Assembly: GCA_003693705.1 (NCBI GenBank)
Contig: RBZT01000173.1
Location: forward strand, 1 to 32,863
DNA: 32,863 nt
Direction of reading: 5' to 3'
Source: Polymyxa betae A26-41
Lineage: Eukaryota; Protista; Endomyxa: Phytomyxea
Shown here: in pieces, positions 11,794 to 23,582 of the stretch
Layout: every line of letters begins with the position of its first letter
Position numbering within the stretch: the stretch's first letter is position 1
Notes under the pieces: model-generated
Seen by the model: only the letters and a program-made list of their open reading frames with translations
Databases searched by the model: none
Told to the model about the DNA's origin: nothing
Translations under genes and position numbers: made by a program

Positions 11794-12027
11794 ATACCAT
11801 TTTGTCACAGATTCATCTTTCACTTTTTATGTTGGGAATCGCCTTGACCGCTTGATGGCGATGAACTCGCGGTGCGATTCGTTCGAATAGGTCGGATGCA
11901 TATTTCAATTTGATAACGATATGATAGATTCGGTCACAGAAATTGCATCAACAGCCCGAGGGTTGCTGCTACGTCAGACCTCGATTGTTTGTCTATGCAG
12001 AATCAGCTCCATTGATCCACCAATAAC

Positions 12028-13507
12028 ATGTTCGGATCATACTGTCGACGACCGAAATCCAAGCGATCGCTGCCCGCCGACCGACTCCGATCTGTGCTTT
12101 CGCTGCAATGGGTCCAGCTCAGGTCCCAGATTCCACCCGTCCTGCTGCTCCTGGTCGGCGTACTGGCCCTGGCCCTATACCAAAATCGGATCGGGTTCGA
12201 ATCACAGCAACAGAATGCCGCTATGGGGCAGCCGTCAGCCCCAGATATCGTGCGTCTTTATGATGGCAACAGGCTCTTGTCATAGTTTCATGAAATCTTG
12301 AAAATTTTCGGAAACTTTTCGGAGAATTTTCGCCAAAAATTTACCTCATTTTCCCTGCCTGCACATTTCTTGCGGTTCTTCGATGCTGACAATACAGGTG
12401 TACAGGACCTCGGATGGAAGGCTCCAAGGTGGCTCCGGGACTATGTTCAATTCTGTGGTGAGCCGGATACAGACACCACCCGATACCTGATCTGGTCCTG
12501 TACGGATCAATACTGCAGCGGAATCGGGGATCGAATTCGCGGCATTCTCACGGCCTTCTATCTGGCTGTTGGGACACGACGCAAGCTCAAGATTCACTGC
12601 ATCAAACCTGTCAATTTGAACCGATCGCTGCAGCCCTCTTGGATCGACTGGTAACGTGTTGGACGGTTACGTTACCCTTGGGCTGTGTAACATAACTTCC
12701 CCCAGGTCGACCGATGCCGACATCCTGTTCGCCCAAGCCCCCGAACGTGTTCGTGTTCACGCCCGCAATGACACTCTGGCCTACGCATACGATACCGACC
12801 ATCTTCGGATTGCTTCAATCTTCACGACGGCCATGGAGCAGTACGCCCTGTATTCGGCCCCGCAGTTCGCCGCACGTTTCTACGGTGATGAGATCCGTGT
12901 CGGACCTGATAACTGGGACCTATTAGCGACCTGGGCCTGGGATGTGTTGTTCCAGCCTTCGCCCGAACTTCAGGCCGAGATTGACGCCGTTCGATCTGAC
13001 GCCGATCTCTCCGGTGACTATATCGCCGTCCACGTTCGTCATGGCGGTCATTGGGGCGATTGGTTACGTCATGATACGGATCAACAACTCTCTCAGTTTA
13101 TCGAATGCGCCACCAATATGACCAAGTCGATGGGTGGAGATCCACTCATTTATGTCGCCTCCGACGATGTCTGCGTCAAGGAGGAGTTCCGGAAGGCGTT
13201 GGCTGCGGTCCGGTACGACCCGCAACCGCCGCGGCATATCGAGAAGACGCGGGATTATGAGGAACAGCTGAGGATCTGGGCCGAGTTTGAGGTGATTCGT
13301 CAATCGAGTTGTATTGTGGCAAGTTTGAGCGGATTCTCATTATGGCCGGTTATGACAACTCGTGATCCTGTATCAGGGAGAAGATGTTGGGCGAGATTTG
13401 ATCGATGTTCTATGGAGATGATATTGAGATCAAGATCGGGCACTATACCAGCGTATGATGCACCTAGTGCTAATCATCCAGATTTCGGTATTACAGCACT
13501 ACCTTAA
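12028..13507 (+). CDS. Fucosyltransferase-fold protein (GT23/GT37-like motifs), ~422 aa, 3 exons
   Basis: TM PVLLLLVGVLALALY; SGIGDRIRGILTAFYLAVGTRR; IAVHVRHG (motif I); IYVASDD (motif II); SGFSLW (motif III). Exons 12028-12249, 12406-12650 and 12706-13507; the first acceptor is somewhat uncertain. Confidence 0.82.
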
Positions 13508-13658
13508 ACCGCCTTAATAAATAGAGACAACAAGGTAGCTATGATCTATGTTCATTTGTAGGCCTCTCTGCTTATTACACGAGAATTCATTATATCAGCT
13601 AGATCAGGAATACAGTACAGAGCTCGTTTAGGTTACATAGATTAGGACCATGATAGGG

Positions 13659-14888
13659 TTAGGGTTTCGTGTCACCATCGACTGGGTTGGATTTTGGCGG
13701 TTCAAATCGTGTTAACGAATTTGCAGTCCGTAATATAATATCGAGATCTGATCTCATACATGATTGCATCTTATGCCACCAATCTGTCACCTGATCCTGT
13801 AACCGATCCAGTCGTACTGGATCCTGGATCAGGGCCTTCATCTGCTGGGCGGCCTCCCTCCATGACCCAGCCACAATCCCTGGCACTCGCTCATACGGAG
13901 CATGCTGGAACTCCACATCGAGGAAGACGGGAATACTGCCCTGATCGATGACCTCGGCGAGGCGATGCGTCTCGGGGTTGTTGCCGCACGGAACCAGGGC
14001 GAACACGGCATTGGCGGTCCGCAGATGCCCATATTCGAACGGGCCAGTATGGCCGCCGAAATCGCCCTCGACCTGGATGTCGGCGAGCGGGAACTCGGCC
14101 CGCATCACGTCCACCATCTCACTGCGATCGGCGCGTAACGATCCGATCCACATGGCCGGGCGCTGGCGTTGGCTGGCGGGCCAGTACGACCCGGGCCCGT
14201 GCCCGCTGTCGACGTTGCCCAGACCCCGGCCCTGGAGCATGATCCAGTGCACGCCCAGACGCGGCTCGTCGGGTGGCGTGGGGATTGCGGGGAATACTGG
14301 CCCGGTGCCGCAGGTCATGTTACCGAGTGCACGGACCTTGATATCTGGATGTGATTTTAGATGATGGAAGTAATAATGGCGAAGGACGTAATCGAATGAT
14401 TTGTAAATGATGCCGTTCTGGTCGTTAGTTTCATCAGCCATTAACATAAGACCAACCGAGTATGGATGTCGTACTGCCCAGGATAGGAAGGATGATGAGG
14501 GCTCTATCCAGCGCGTTACGAGCAAGACCGGTGTTTTGATCATGAGGGCGTCAAGATTATCATCGTGAACGGCAACATAACGCCATCGGACCCAGGACGG
14601 AAGCAGTTTATGAATGAACGCGACGCATTGTTCATCGCCACGCTGCCGATCCACGACGATCGTCAGCTGACGTCGTGGATCGTCTGGTTCAGGCTGTGGG
14701 AGAGATAGGGCGCTGATTAGGACGTTGGGTCCCTGTATGTATCGAATCAGTACTGCATTAAGAGCGATGACAAGCAGAAGTGAGGTCATGATAAGTGTCA
14801 GACGATGTGGTGATGTCCATTCTGGTGATATTGGAGCAATCAACCGGCTGCATCCAGTCTGTTTAGATTTCGACTTGGTTACGAGCAT
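13659..14888 (-). CDS. Exostosin/GT47-like (or RXYLT1-like) GT-B glycosyltransferase A, 409 aa
   Basis: TM LTLIMTSLLLVIALNAVLI; LMADE...DYVLRHYY; WIGS...R; FALVPCGNNPETHRLAEVIDQGSIPV matches the F.L.P.G....T.R..E....G.IPV motif. Confidence 0.8.
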   Translation of the reverse strand: MLVTKSKSKQTGCSRLIAPISPEWTSPHRLTLIMTSLLLVIALNAVLIRYIQGPNVLISALSLPQPEPDDPRRQLTIVVDRQRGDEQCVAFIHKLLPSWVRWRYVAVHDDNLDALMIKTPVLLVTRWIEPSSSFLSWAVRHPYSVGLMLMADETNDQNGIIYKSFDYVLRHYYFHHLKSHPDIKVRALGNMTCGTGPVFPAIPTPPDEPRLGVHWIMLQGRGLGNVDSGHGPGSYWPASQRQRPAMWIGSLRADRSEMVDVMRAEFPLADIQVEGDFGGHTGPFEYGHLRTANAVFALVPCGNNPETHRLAEVIDQGSIPVFLDVEFQHAPYERVPGIVAGSWREAAQQMKALIQDPVRLDRLQDQVTDWWHKMQSCMRSDLDIILRTANSLTRFEPPKSNPVDGDTKP

Positions 14889-15642
14889 CGAGCTTGACGA
14901 CGTCCCGTATTTGGAATGTTACCGGCCCACACTAGGCCTCGATGGCCATACTGGACTTCGACGACCATAGTAGGTCTCGACGACTCTGTGACATCATGCT
15001 CTTTGAGCCGCCATGGCACTGCCTGATTTAGCAATCAGTTGCTCTGTCTTTCTCAGATTGCAGTATAGCCCCCATAAATGTGTTCAAAAAATTCAGCAAT
15101 TTTCCCTAAGCGATATCAACTATGAGAATGTTAATAGCTTCATACTTGGTAGAAAAAACTAGTCATTTGAAGAGATCAGGTGTTTATTCCCTTTGGAAGT
15201 GTGGTCTTGCGTTATCAAAAGCTTTTCTGCTATTCGTCGGGATCTTCTGTCATGTAAAATGTGAGCAAACTGTCAAAACTTTGACTTCAGCTTTGCGAAA
15301 AGTGCGCTCTGTATTCGCGCATCTTTTGGAATTTCCTTGAGCGCAACCCTCCAAGTTGGACGAGAGAAAAGAAACAGAGCTCCTCTTTCATAAAGCGATG
15401 TCATTCTTGGCTCGCAAGCGTGTCGTTGATCCCGATGCGTCTACGATCTCCTCGTTACGCATTGGAACGGTCTAAAGGCATGCTATCTATATCTTGCCTT
15501 GCTGGCTGCAACGCTATCAAACATTCTTCAAGCTATCGATTTGATCGTCACAGGAGGGATACCCGTTCATTTCGATTTCATCTCTGACCGAACTTCACGT
15601 TATCCCTGCATTCATGCCAGTACTGCTTAAAACGTCATACGA

Positions 15643-16746
15643 ATGAAATCCTTTCGTCGACTGTCGTTTATAGCGATGCTGTCATCGGCGACCACCATCG
15701 TCGTCCTCATTATGTATCTTTGTATACCTGAATCTGCTATCCCATCAAGCTCATCATCTCTGGAATCGTTCTATATTCCATCTTTCAACGGCACTTTTAG
15801 CGAATATTTGACATTCTCGCCCATATCTACTGGCTTTAATTTCTCTGAAGAATTCCATCACGAGAAGTCGTCTCCACCAGAAATCGCCTCACATTATCCA
15901 GACGAATCCCAACGTCAGTTCCCGTATCCATTCGTATCCGGCGATATGTTCCGGTTCACATCCGATTTCATATTCGACGAGAACGATTACAGGAACCATT
16001 GGGGCCCGGGTCATGTTGGTTCTTGTCAGACCGTCTTTGTCAAGAACAACCTTCTTGGCGACTTCTTCGACGACGTCTTCCCTCATATTCGCCACCCGTT
16101 TATCTTAATTTCGCACAATGGTGACGATCCAGCTCCAGGAAGGTTTCATGGGCATTTAGCCGATCCAAGAATCTACTCCTGGTTCGCCCAGAATCTGGAC
16201 GGGACCCAGCACATGAAACTTCGTCCGATTCCAATCGGCATCACGAATAGCCAATGGGAGACCGGCAATCTTAACGAATGGCGCCGTGCTTTAAGCAGAG
16301 ACCTACCTGGTTGGGATGAGAGAGACACTCTGCTCTTTATCAACTGGACCGATGTAAACAACCCTATAAGAAAGCTGCTGAAGGAGAAATTTCGCCATTT
16401 CACCAAAGATACGGTTGTGGGAGAAGGCAACCATGAGCAGTTCCTGCACAACCTTACTCGAACCAAATTCGTCCTGTCACCGCCTGGGAAAGGCATCGAT
16501 TGTCATCGTCATTGGGAGGCGATATTGATGGGAGCTGTTCCTATCGTGTTAAGGTCGGGACTCGACCCGCTCTTTCAGAATGCACCGGCTGTGGTTGTTG
16601 ATGATTTCAACGATATCAGCGAGGATCTGCTGAGGGCGCTCAGGCCATCTGAAAGCTATAATCGTCGCATTATGTGGGCAAATCTCTGGCTCGGTATGAT
16701 TAAGAATTCTGTTCAAGAATGCCTCGCAAGGAGATCGGAAAGTTGA
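15643..16746 (+). CDS. Exostosin/GT47-like GT-B glycosyltransferase B, 367 aa, intronless
   Basis: TM near the N-terminus; PFVSGDMFR; ILISHNGD; WFAQN; PIPIG; KFVLSPPGKGIDCHRHWEAILMGAVPIV. Confidence 0.85.
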   Translation: MKSFRRLSFIAMLSSATTIVVLIMYLCIPESAIPSSSSSLESFYIPSFNGTFSEYLTFSPISTGFNFSEEFHHEKSSPPEIASHYPDESQRQFPYPFVSGDMFRFTSDFIFDENDYRNHWGPGHVGSCQTVFVKNNLLGDFFDDVFPHIRHPFILISHNGDDPAPGRFHGHLADPRIYSWFAQNLDGTQHMKLRPIPIGITNSQWETGNLNEWRRALSRDLPGWDERDTLLFINWTDVNNPIRKLLKEKFRHFTKDTVVGEGNHEQFLHNLTRTKFVLSPPGKGIDCHRHWEAILMGAVPIVLRSGLDPLFQNAPAVVVDDFNDISEDLLRALRPSESYNRRIMWANLWLGMIKNSVQECLARRSES

Positions 16747-17420
16747 ATACTGCAGTACCGAACCTTGCAGAAGATTGTTTATCACAAGTTGATGCTGCTA
16801 TGGAGTATCGGATCGTTTTCAGTGCTAGAAGCTTCGAACAAAGCATTTAATAACATGGCTGTGACAACTACAGCCAAGTCCCAGTTATACATTGTTCGTT
16901 ATAACGAATTGTCATTGTACTTAGATAAAGCTTCTGATATGAAAGAATACACAGACGGAGGGGTGATAATACTTGGATTGTTAACGCTTAGAGGAGTTTA
17001 GACAGCTTCTACAAATATCCATAGATAGAGGAGAGATTATTGGCGCGCCTGAGTCGGTGTTCTGCCGCAATCATCATAAACGATGTTGCATAATCCGAGA
17101 CCGGGCCACAGGGGCCGCCAGACGCTCAGCCTGCTTGACACCGGCAATCTCGTTTCGATGCTGTCGCCGCCTGGCTACATCATACAGCGCCTGCCATCGA
17201 CCAGCTTGTCGCAGCGAAAGGCTTGCTTGAACTATCGGTTAACAGCACTATACAATAATCGACGTATCTTTACTTCTATAGAATTAATCTGATCGAGACT
17301 AGACGAGAACTTCTGGATTTGAAGATGTATTGGGGAGGCCTCTCTGCCACGTCACGATGACGAGGCCAATTTTCTGCATGTAGTTAGTGATCCCCTATCA
17401 ACATTCTCTCTGCATTTATC

Positions 17421-19370
17421 ATGCAACACAACAAACAACGTCGTGGTTGGAATGAGATATTCGGTAGCAGCCGCTGGAGAGTATGTAGCAGTATTACCGT
17501 CCTCATTGCTTTCGTTCTGCTTTCTATGAATGGCTTTATAAAGCCAATCAACACACAAGTATCATGGCTGCCAAAACCATCAGCGATGGATCCTCCTCGG
17601 TCTCTTATTCATGGTCTAGAACCTGTCTTCAAGAATAATGGATGGACTGCTATCGACAATCCATGTGCGAAGTTGCCATTCGATCATCGCGATACTGTTA
17701 ATTGGTTAAAGCAACGTTATTGGTGCGATCGTCAACGATATTTTCTAAGGTCAGTTGCCAAGTTTTACTTTCTTTTTCTAAGGTCGGTTGCGAGTTTTAC
17801 TTTCTTTTTCTAAGGTCATTTGCGAGTTATACTTTCTTTTTAGGTCAGTTGCGAGTTTTACTCTCTTTGGATTCCAAAACGTCTCTGCTGGTTGATCATG
17901 TAAACATTGATGATTTTTTGTGTTCGTAGAGGACATCGTAATCATATGAATCCGACCCAAGAACGTTGGTCGAAGCTGAATCCGAAGCTAAACGTGAAGG
18001 TTGATTACAACCGATACGTCGTTAGCGGGCCTGGTCTTGGAGCTACAGTTGAAGGGCGGATTCTGGCCGGTCATACTCGCCTACCAGCAGAGATCGCTCA
18101 AGCACCTGCATATACTGGACAGCAACATAACTGTTCTGTCGGGAAACCATGCGGCTTTCAGATACGAACTTTCGATTCACAAGGCGATCCTGTCAATCAT
18201 AACGAGGCCCGATTCAAGGCCCGGTTGTACGGCACAGCTATCGTCGACGCAGACGTCATGAGTATTGGGGGCGGCGTCTATAACGTGTCGTACACGCCCT
18301 ATGACGCCGGCATGTACTTGATCCAAGTACTTTTAACGTCGGTTGATGGCGAGGGATTGGGCCCCGAATTCATCAATCGCAACGCTCCATTCCTGGTGAA
18401 CGATCTCATCTATCAATCCGAACACCTCCTGCACGTTGTTTGGCAAGACGATTCCGACGATGCTGTCGTTTCGCAATGCACGACGGCCGATCTAGAACGG
18501 GGACGATGGGTGTATGTCGAGAACGAATGTCGCCGGCCGTACTGCACGATGGCGCCCGGCGTCACGCTGTCCGATTTGCAGATCAATGATCCGCTGGGAT
18601 TGAACTGGAACTATGTCTGGGTGCCCATTGATTGTTATTATCATCTGTATACGCCTCTGGAATTTCATCAATGTACTCAGCAATGCGGATATTCGCAATG
18701 GTCGCTATCAGGCGATTCATTGGGTCGAGAGATGCTGCAGAATCTGCAGATGATTCTCACCGATTATTCGCCGAGTTTCGCGATGCCCAAATTGAAGTTG
18801 GGTGGCCCACATTGGTCGAATTCCATCAAGTTCAGAGATGTCACCAACTTCTCTGTCAACTTTGTTATGAATGAATATCATGAGACCGATGATGTCGCCG
18901 TCCTGCATTTACACAACGCCCATCAGCTGACGAGCGGCACTGGCGTCTCCGCCCTCTTTCCAACGAACTTCGCAACGATTGAGGAATTCGCCAGAAACTG
19001 CACCAAGAATCCCAAACAGCGATGTTTCTATTATGTGAATCCCGCTATACAACGTGAAGCCGATCACAGCAACAATGAAAGATTGCAAAGGTCGTTCTAC
19101 CGAGATGTTACGCGAGATCGTATGCAGATCTTCAATATGGCATTACGTGATCATGCCAGATCTCAAAATCTGTCGATTATTGAAGGAGAGATGCCCACCC
19201 GATCAAGATGGCAATCGTGTTGGGATGGAATTCATTATAGCGAAATGTTCGATCATTTCGAACCCGGAGATTCGAGATGGTTTGGAGGAGCGAGTATGAT
19301 GATCACACAGACATTCATTAATGCAATTTGTAATCAGCCATGTTATGCGATGGAAACTACCAGCTCATAA
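17421..19370 (+). CDS. TM + filamin-type Ig + PC-esterase/SGNH domain (NXPE/TBL-like) putative glycan O-acetyltransferase, ~589 aa, 2 exons
   Basis: Exon 17421-17749 (TM ITVLIAFVLLSM) joins exon 17930-19370 through a phase-2 intron. Filamin-like FQIRTFDSQG...GGGVYNVSYTPYDAGMYLIQV; GRWV...WVPIDC; catalytic GDS (LSGDSLGRE) and DxxH (WDGIHY). Confidence 0.85.
17741..17868 (+). repeat. Four tandem 29-33 nt copies of an exon-intron junction
   Basis: AGGTC recurs at 17748, 17781, 17813 and 17842, each followed by a variant of AGTTGCGAGTTTTACTTTCTTT. Confidence 0.9.
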
Positions 19371-19767
19371 CACCTCTCTCCAGCTGTCTGCAAGGCATTC
19401 CAAATATTGTCAATGTAAATACAGACCATATAATCACTTACTGCTCGAAGCGATTGTCTTCGCTTTTGCCCTTTTTCGAACGAAAGAATTCCTCCAAGGA
19501 TTTCCATCGGAATCGGTATCTTTCGAATGGATGAATTGCTCAACAAAACGACGTTTTTTTGAAGCGGTGTTGAGCAAGCGACTGATCATCCATTTTTCTT
19601 CAAAAATTTGACCCGATAAGATTATCATGTTCAAGGGTTGCCTGAGACAAAATCTGCAAGATCAAAAATTGCCTTCAGGATTGACCTCCTCTGACGGAAT
19701 TCAGAAATCAGCTTTCATGGAAAAGTTCCGATTATTATATTAATAAATTTATCAGGAAGCGATTTTA

Positions 19768-20989
19768 CTAAAGAGCTTTCTCGAAATCCGCTGTGAATCT
19801 TTCTAGACGCTGAACATGCTGAGCACCTTGTCCATCTCCATTCAGAACATGTTGTAATAGCCATTTCGACATATCAAAGATCTCATGATAGGTTCCTCTC
19901 GTATCTGGAACACGCGGCAAATGCGAGTCGAATTTCGTGTCGATTTCGGCCGCGCTTAATGACGATGGCCATCCAATTCGATCGATTCGATTTCGATTGG
20001 TTCTGTACTTAACTAGAACATCCCTCTCCCAGACAATGCTTCCCGTGATTTGAGCCGTTTTCAGCCGTAAACTGACCAATTGCTGATCCCAGAACCATTC
20101 GTTTCCCGTATTAAGCAACGTCGTCCGAATATCCTCGTTGACTCGTTCACAGATATGCTGTTCGGGTGATATGGCGATTGGTGAGATGGGGGATGGAAGA
20201 CGAAGAATCTGTCTCCATCTAAGACCTGTCATACCAATATTTGATAGAGCCCATTCCTTGAAATTATAACCCCATTTATCATCGGTCGCCTGAAACTCTT
20301 CCAGATCGAATAGGAGAATAGGCTGACGTTCCTGCCAGGCCATCGATGTCAACGTCTGATTGGCCAGACGAGCATCGAACGAATCGTAATACTGTCCTTG
20401 GCCTGTAGCGATCGGGAGCAGATCGACATCGGTCGTGATCAGGTAATCGTGATCTCGAATGAACGGCAGCATCGATGCGTATAATCGTGATAGTTGAGTT
20501 AATCGAACCCGATTATCTGGTAGCGAGGAATCGCCTGTTAAATAATAGACATGTTGGATATCATATTCAGCGAGTAAATCTATGATCAGCTGAGTATGGG
20601 AATGATTTCTCCATCCGCTACCAGGCGAATCTTCAACCAGAAAGACACTGAACGATATCATCAGTGAGGGGAAAACCCTAAACCCTCAGCACCTACATTG
20701 GCGTGAATTCCTGTCGTATCTTCCATGCTAATACAACAGCTGGTAGCCAATAGGCATATTTCGCATCCGTTCCGACACTCAATACAGCATAACGACGTCT
20801 TGGTGCGACGATCATCTCATCGGATGAGGTCTCGTTCCGAACGAGAATCTGAGCGCCAAATGTGCCCATCGTTGGCATCGGTGAGCGACAGTTTTCGCTC
20901 AGCACGAATACGATCAAGGCTGTTGATGCTGATACAACTGATACCAGCAATAAGATGGGACCGAATCTCCTGCGCTTGATCTCCTCCAT
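19768..20989 (-). CDS. Uncharacterised type II membrane DxD protein (putative GT-A), ~390 aa, 2 exons
   Basis: TM ILLLVSVVSASTALIVFVL; YAYWLPAVVLAW; TQLSRLYA; YLITTDVDLLP; IGM...WR; WFWDQQLVS; RIDRIGW; DSHL. 49-nt intron 20696-20648 gives EFTPI|VFLVE. Confidence 0.75.
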
Positions 20990-21963
20990 CTCTCAGTAAA
21001 TGCAACGCTACCTGGGATTATGAGTGACTGCATTCCACTGACTGTGTTTCGGTTACATACTCAGTGGTTGGTTGCTCCACAGGTCATGCAGTCGAATTAT
21101 CTAAACTTATTCGTTGAAACAAACTAAAACCAAAAGACTTTTAAATTAAGCATTTTTTTATTATTTTTATTTGAATTAAAATGCCTTGATAATAAATAAA
21201 CATGCTGTTTATAGAAGACTGAATTCGCTGAGTGGCGGCAGCTGGTAATCGTATGACGATAATCATCAGGATTTCTGTTATGTCAATACACTCGGGTTAG
21301 AGGTTCGATGGGGTGGGGGAATGCTGGCCCAATGGTGGAAGAGCTATGGCTTGGTAATCATTGCGCTTTTCAATTATCTGGTGAAGCCCATCGTTATCGG
21401 CATGATGGAAGAAACTTGCAGCCGTTCCTCGATCTCCGCATAGAGTTGATTGAATCGGTTTCATGATGGAATCTGATTTTGGATAGAAAGCGTCCCGTTG
21501 ACGAGCGTTGGTTGGCGATTAACGGTTCTCTTGCTTGGTGATCATCAGATCATACAGAAATTCGATAAACGTGCGACTTGTACAAAGCTTTGTCGTTACA
21601 GACCTGTTTGGTGCTGTTCAGAACCAATTTGTACCGAATCGAATCTCTTGATGACGAATATCTGGACGATGATCCCGCCAGGCGCCAGATCCCGATCTGT
21701 CTGATATACAATCAGCATTTAAACCGAGATATGCCTCATCAGGAACTAACAGCTGAAACGATCATCGTGGAATCCATCATCAACTTGACCGAACTGAAGC
21801 CTGTTTGCTGATTGACGAATAACGAGCGCCGAACGCTGCTTGATGGATCTCTCGGCTGCTGAGAGGTCGGAGATGGCCCGGCCATTGGGGCGTTGCAACC
21901 AATACCTGAACCGTCACAGATAGTTGTAATCAGCAACGAATCTTGTTGCTGAACCGTCCCATC

Positions 21964-23193
21964 ATGGATCGACGGAAATCGCTGAATGTGACACGAACGC
22001 AGATCTATCTGTCATTGATCATATTCAGCTCATTGATCACCTGCACTGTTCTATCCCTATCTCGTCGTCCATCATCGCTCCAAGATCCCATTCGAATCTC
22101 CAATCACGATAACGAGACCAAATCCCGAAGCGATGGGCGAAACTCGTCGTTGATCGCCCTTCTCCTGCAATCGCCGAACTCCAAAATCGATGAACTTCCC
22201 GGGCACAGCTCGTCGCCGCCGCCATTCGATCGCACCGCCCGGATCGTGCTGGCTCTTCAACGTCATTATCACGACAGCTGTGATCGTGCGCTAACATCGG
22301 ATGAGATCCTGAATCAGGGAATGATCTCGCAGATCGAGAGCAGCGATGAATTCTCGGGCGTCTTGATCGGGACGGAGATGTGGAATCGGCTGAGCTTGGA
22401 CGAGCTCGACGATCCGTTCCGTTTCTACGCCGACCCGACCGACAGCGATTCGGACGCGTTCCCGTTCGCGATTCTGTCGTACGGGAAACGCCTTCAGCAA
22501 GGGAAAGCGCTGCTCGCGCGTATGGGCGCCGATCGGGTCGATTGCGTATCGTATCCGTCGTTGGAGAAGGCGTTCGCCGACCTCCCGTATCTGTCCCGAT
22601 ATCTGTTTCGTGATGCAGCGATGATGAATTGGGATAATTTCACGATGGAGTTCTCTGGAAAGAATCACGGCTATTTATTAAGTACATTGAATCAATGGAT
22701 GATCTTTGAACGATTAGCGAATGGGACCTATCCCGATCAGGTCGTCATCGTTGAAGACGATATGTTCCTGGTCCCAGATTTCACCAGGAAGTTTCGGGCG
22801 CTGCGATCGCAATTGGCTACAGTACCCTGGGATGTAAGAACACGCTAGGGTTTAGGGTTTTCTCCAATATTCTCGTTTCCAACGCCATCGTGATACTAAC
22901 CGTCGGGCTGTGCGTTTTAGGTCGTGTTCTTGGGGACGTGTTTCGGGATTCGGTCGTACACGCCCGCGACTCCGAACCTGTATGTTGCCGATAGGAGCCG
23001 CTGCTTCAATGCGGTTCTGATGAGGGCCAGCGTGGCCGTTAAGATCCTCGAGGCCGGCGTCTGCGTCGATCGATTCGCTGCTGTTGATCATCTGTTCAAT
23101 CGTTATATCGTCGATCTGAATCTCAACGCTTATTATGTGTATCCACCATTAGCGTATGAACAGTCGAAGAATGTAATACAGCATCCTTGTTAG
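21964..23193 (+). CDS. GT25-like glycosyltransferase, paralog B, ~380 aa, 2 exons
   Basis: Shares RTQIYL, EMWNRLSL, PYLSRYLFR, GYLLSTLNQW, VEDD and YYVYPPLAYEQ with paralog A. Intron 22834-22920 is at the identical codon position. Confidence 0.82.
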
Positions 23194-23582
23194 GGTTAGG
23201 GTTTGCAGAATCTTTTGAGAGCAGCATCGCCACATCCAATATTGCAGCATGTCATTGAACTAGTAGATTGTGCTGATCAGGTTGAGAGCTCGTCTTAACG
23301 ACAAAGCCGAATCTAGTTAGATACCATCTCTGGCTATTCTGATTATTGGGCTTTGATGGATATTGACCATCTTGAGATTTCCAAAACAATGAACGGATTC
23401 GTGCATGCTATATAGCAGATGATTCATATCAATTGACCATTGAGATTAGACCAATTCGATTTTATTATCCATGCAGCGATTGTTAATAGCCAGCCCATAT
23501 CCATGTCTCGCTCAATTCCAATCATCAATACGATTAGCTTGACAAACAGATCCGCTCAGCCATACAACCTCTGCAACACGTC

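Noticed and set aside
21200-21940. Possible decayed gene between the DxD gene and GT25-B
   Set aside because: Short ORFs with no identifiable motif; a pseudogene call cannot be supported.
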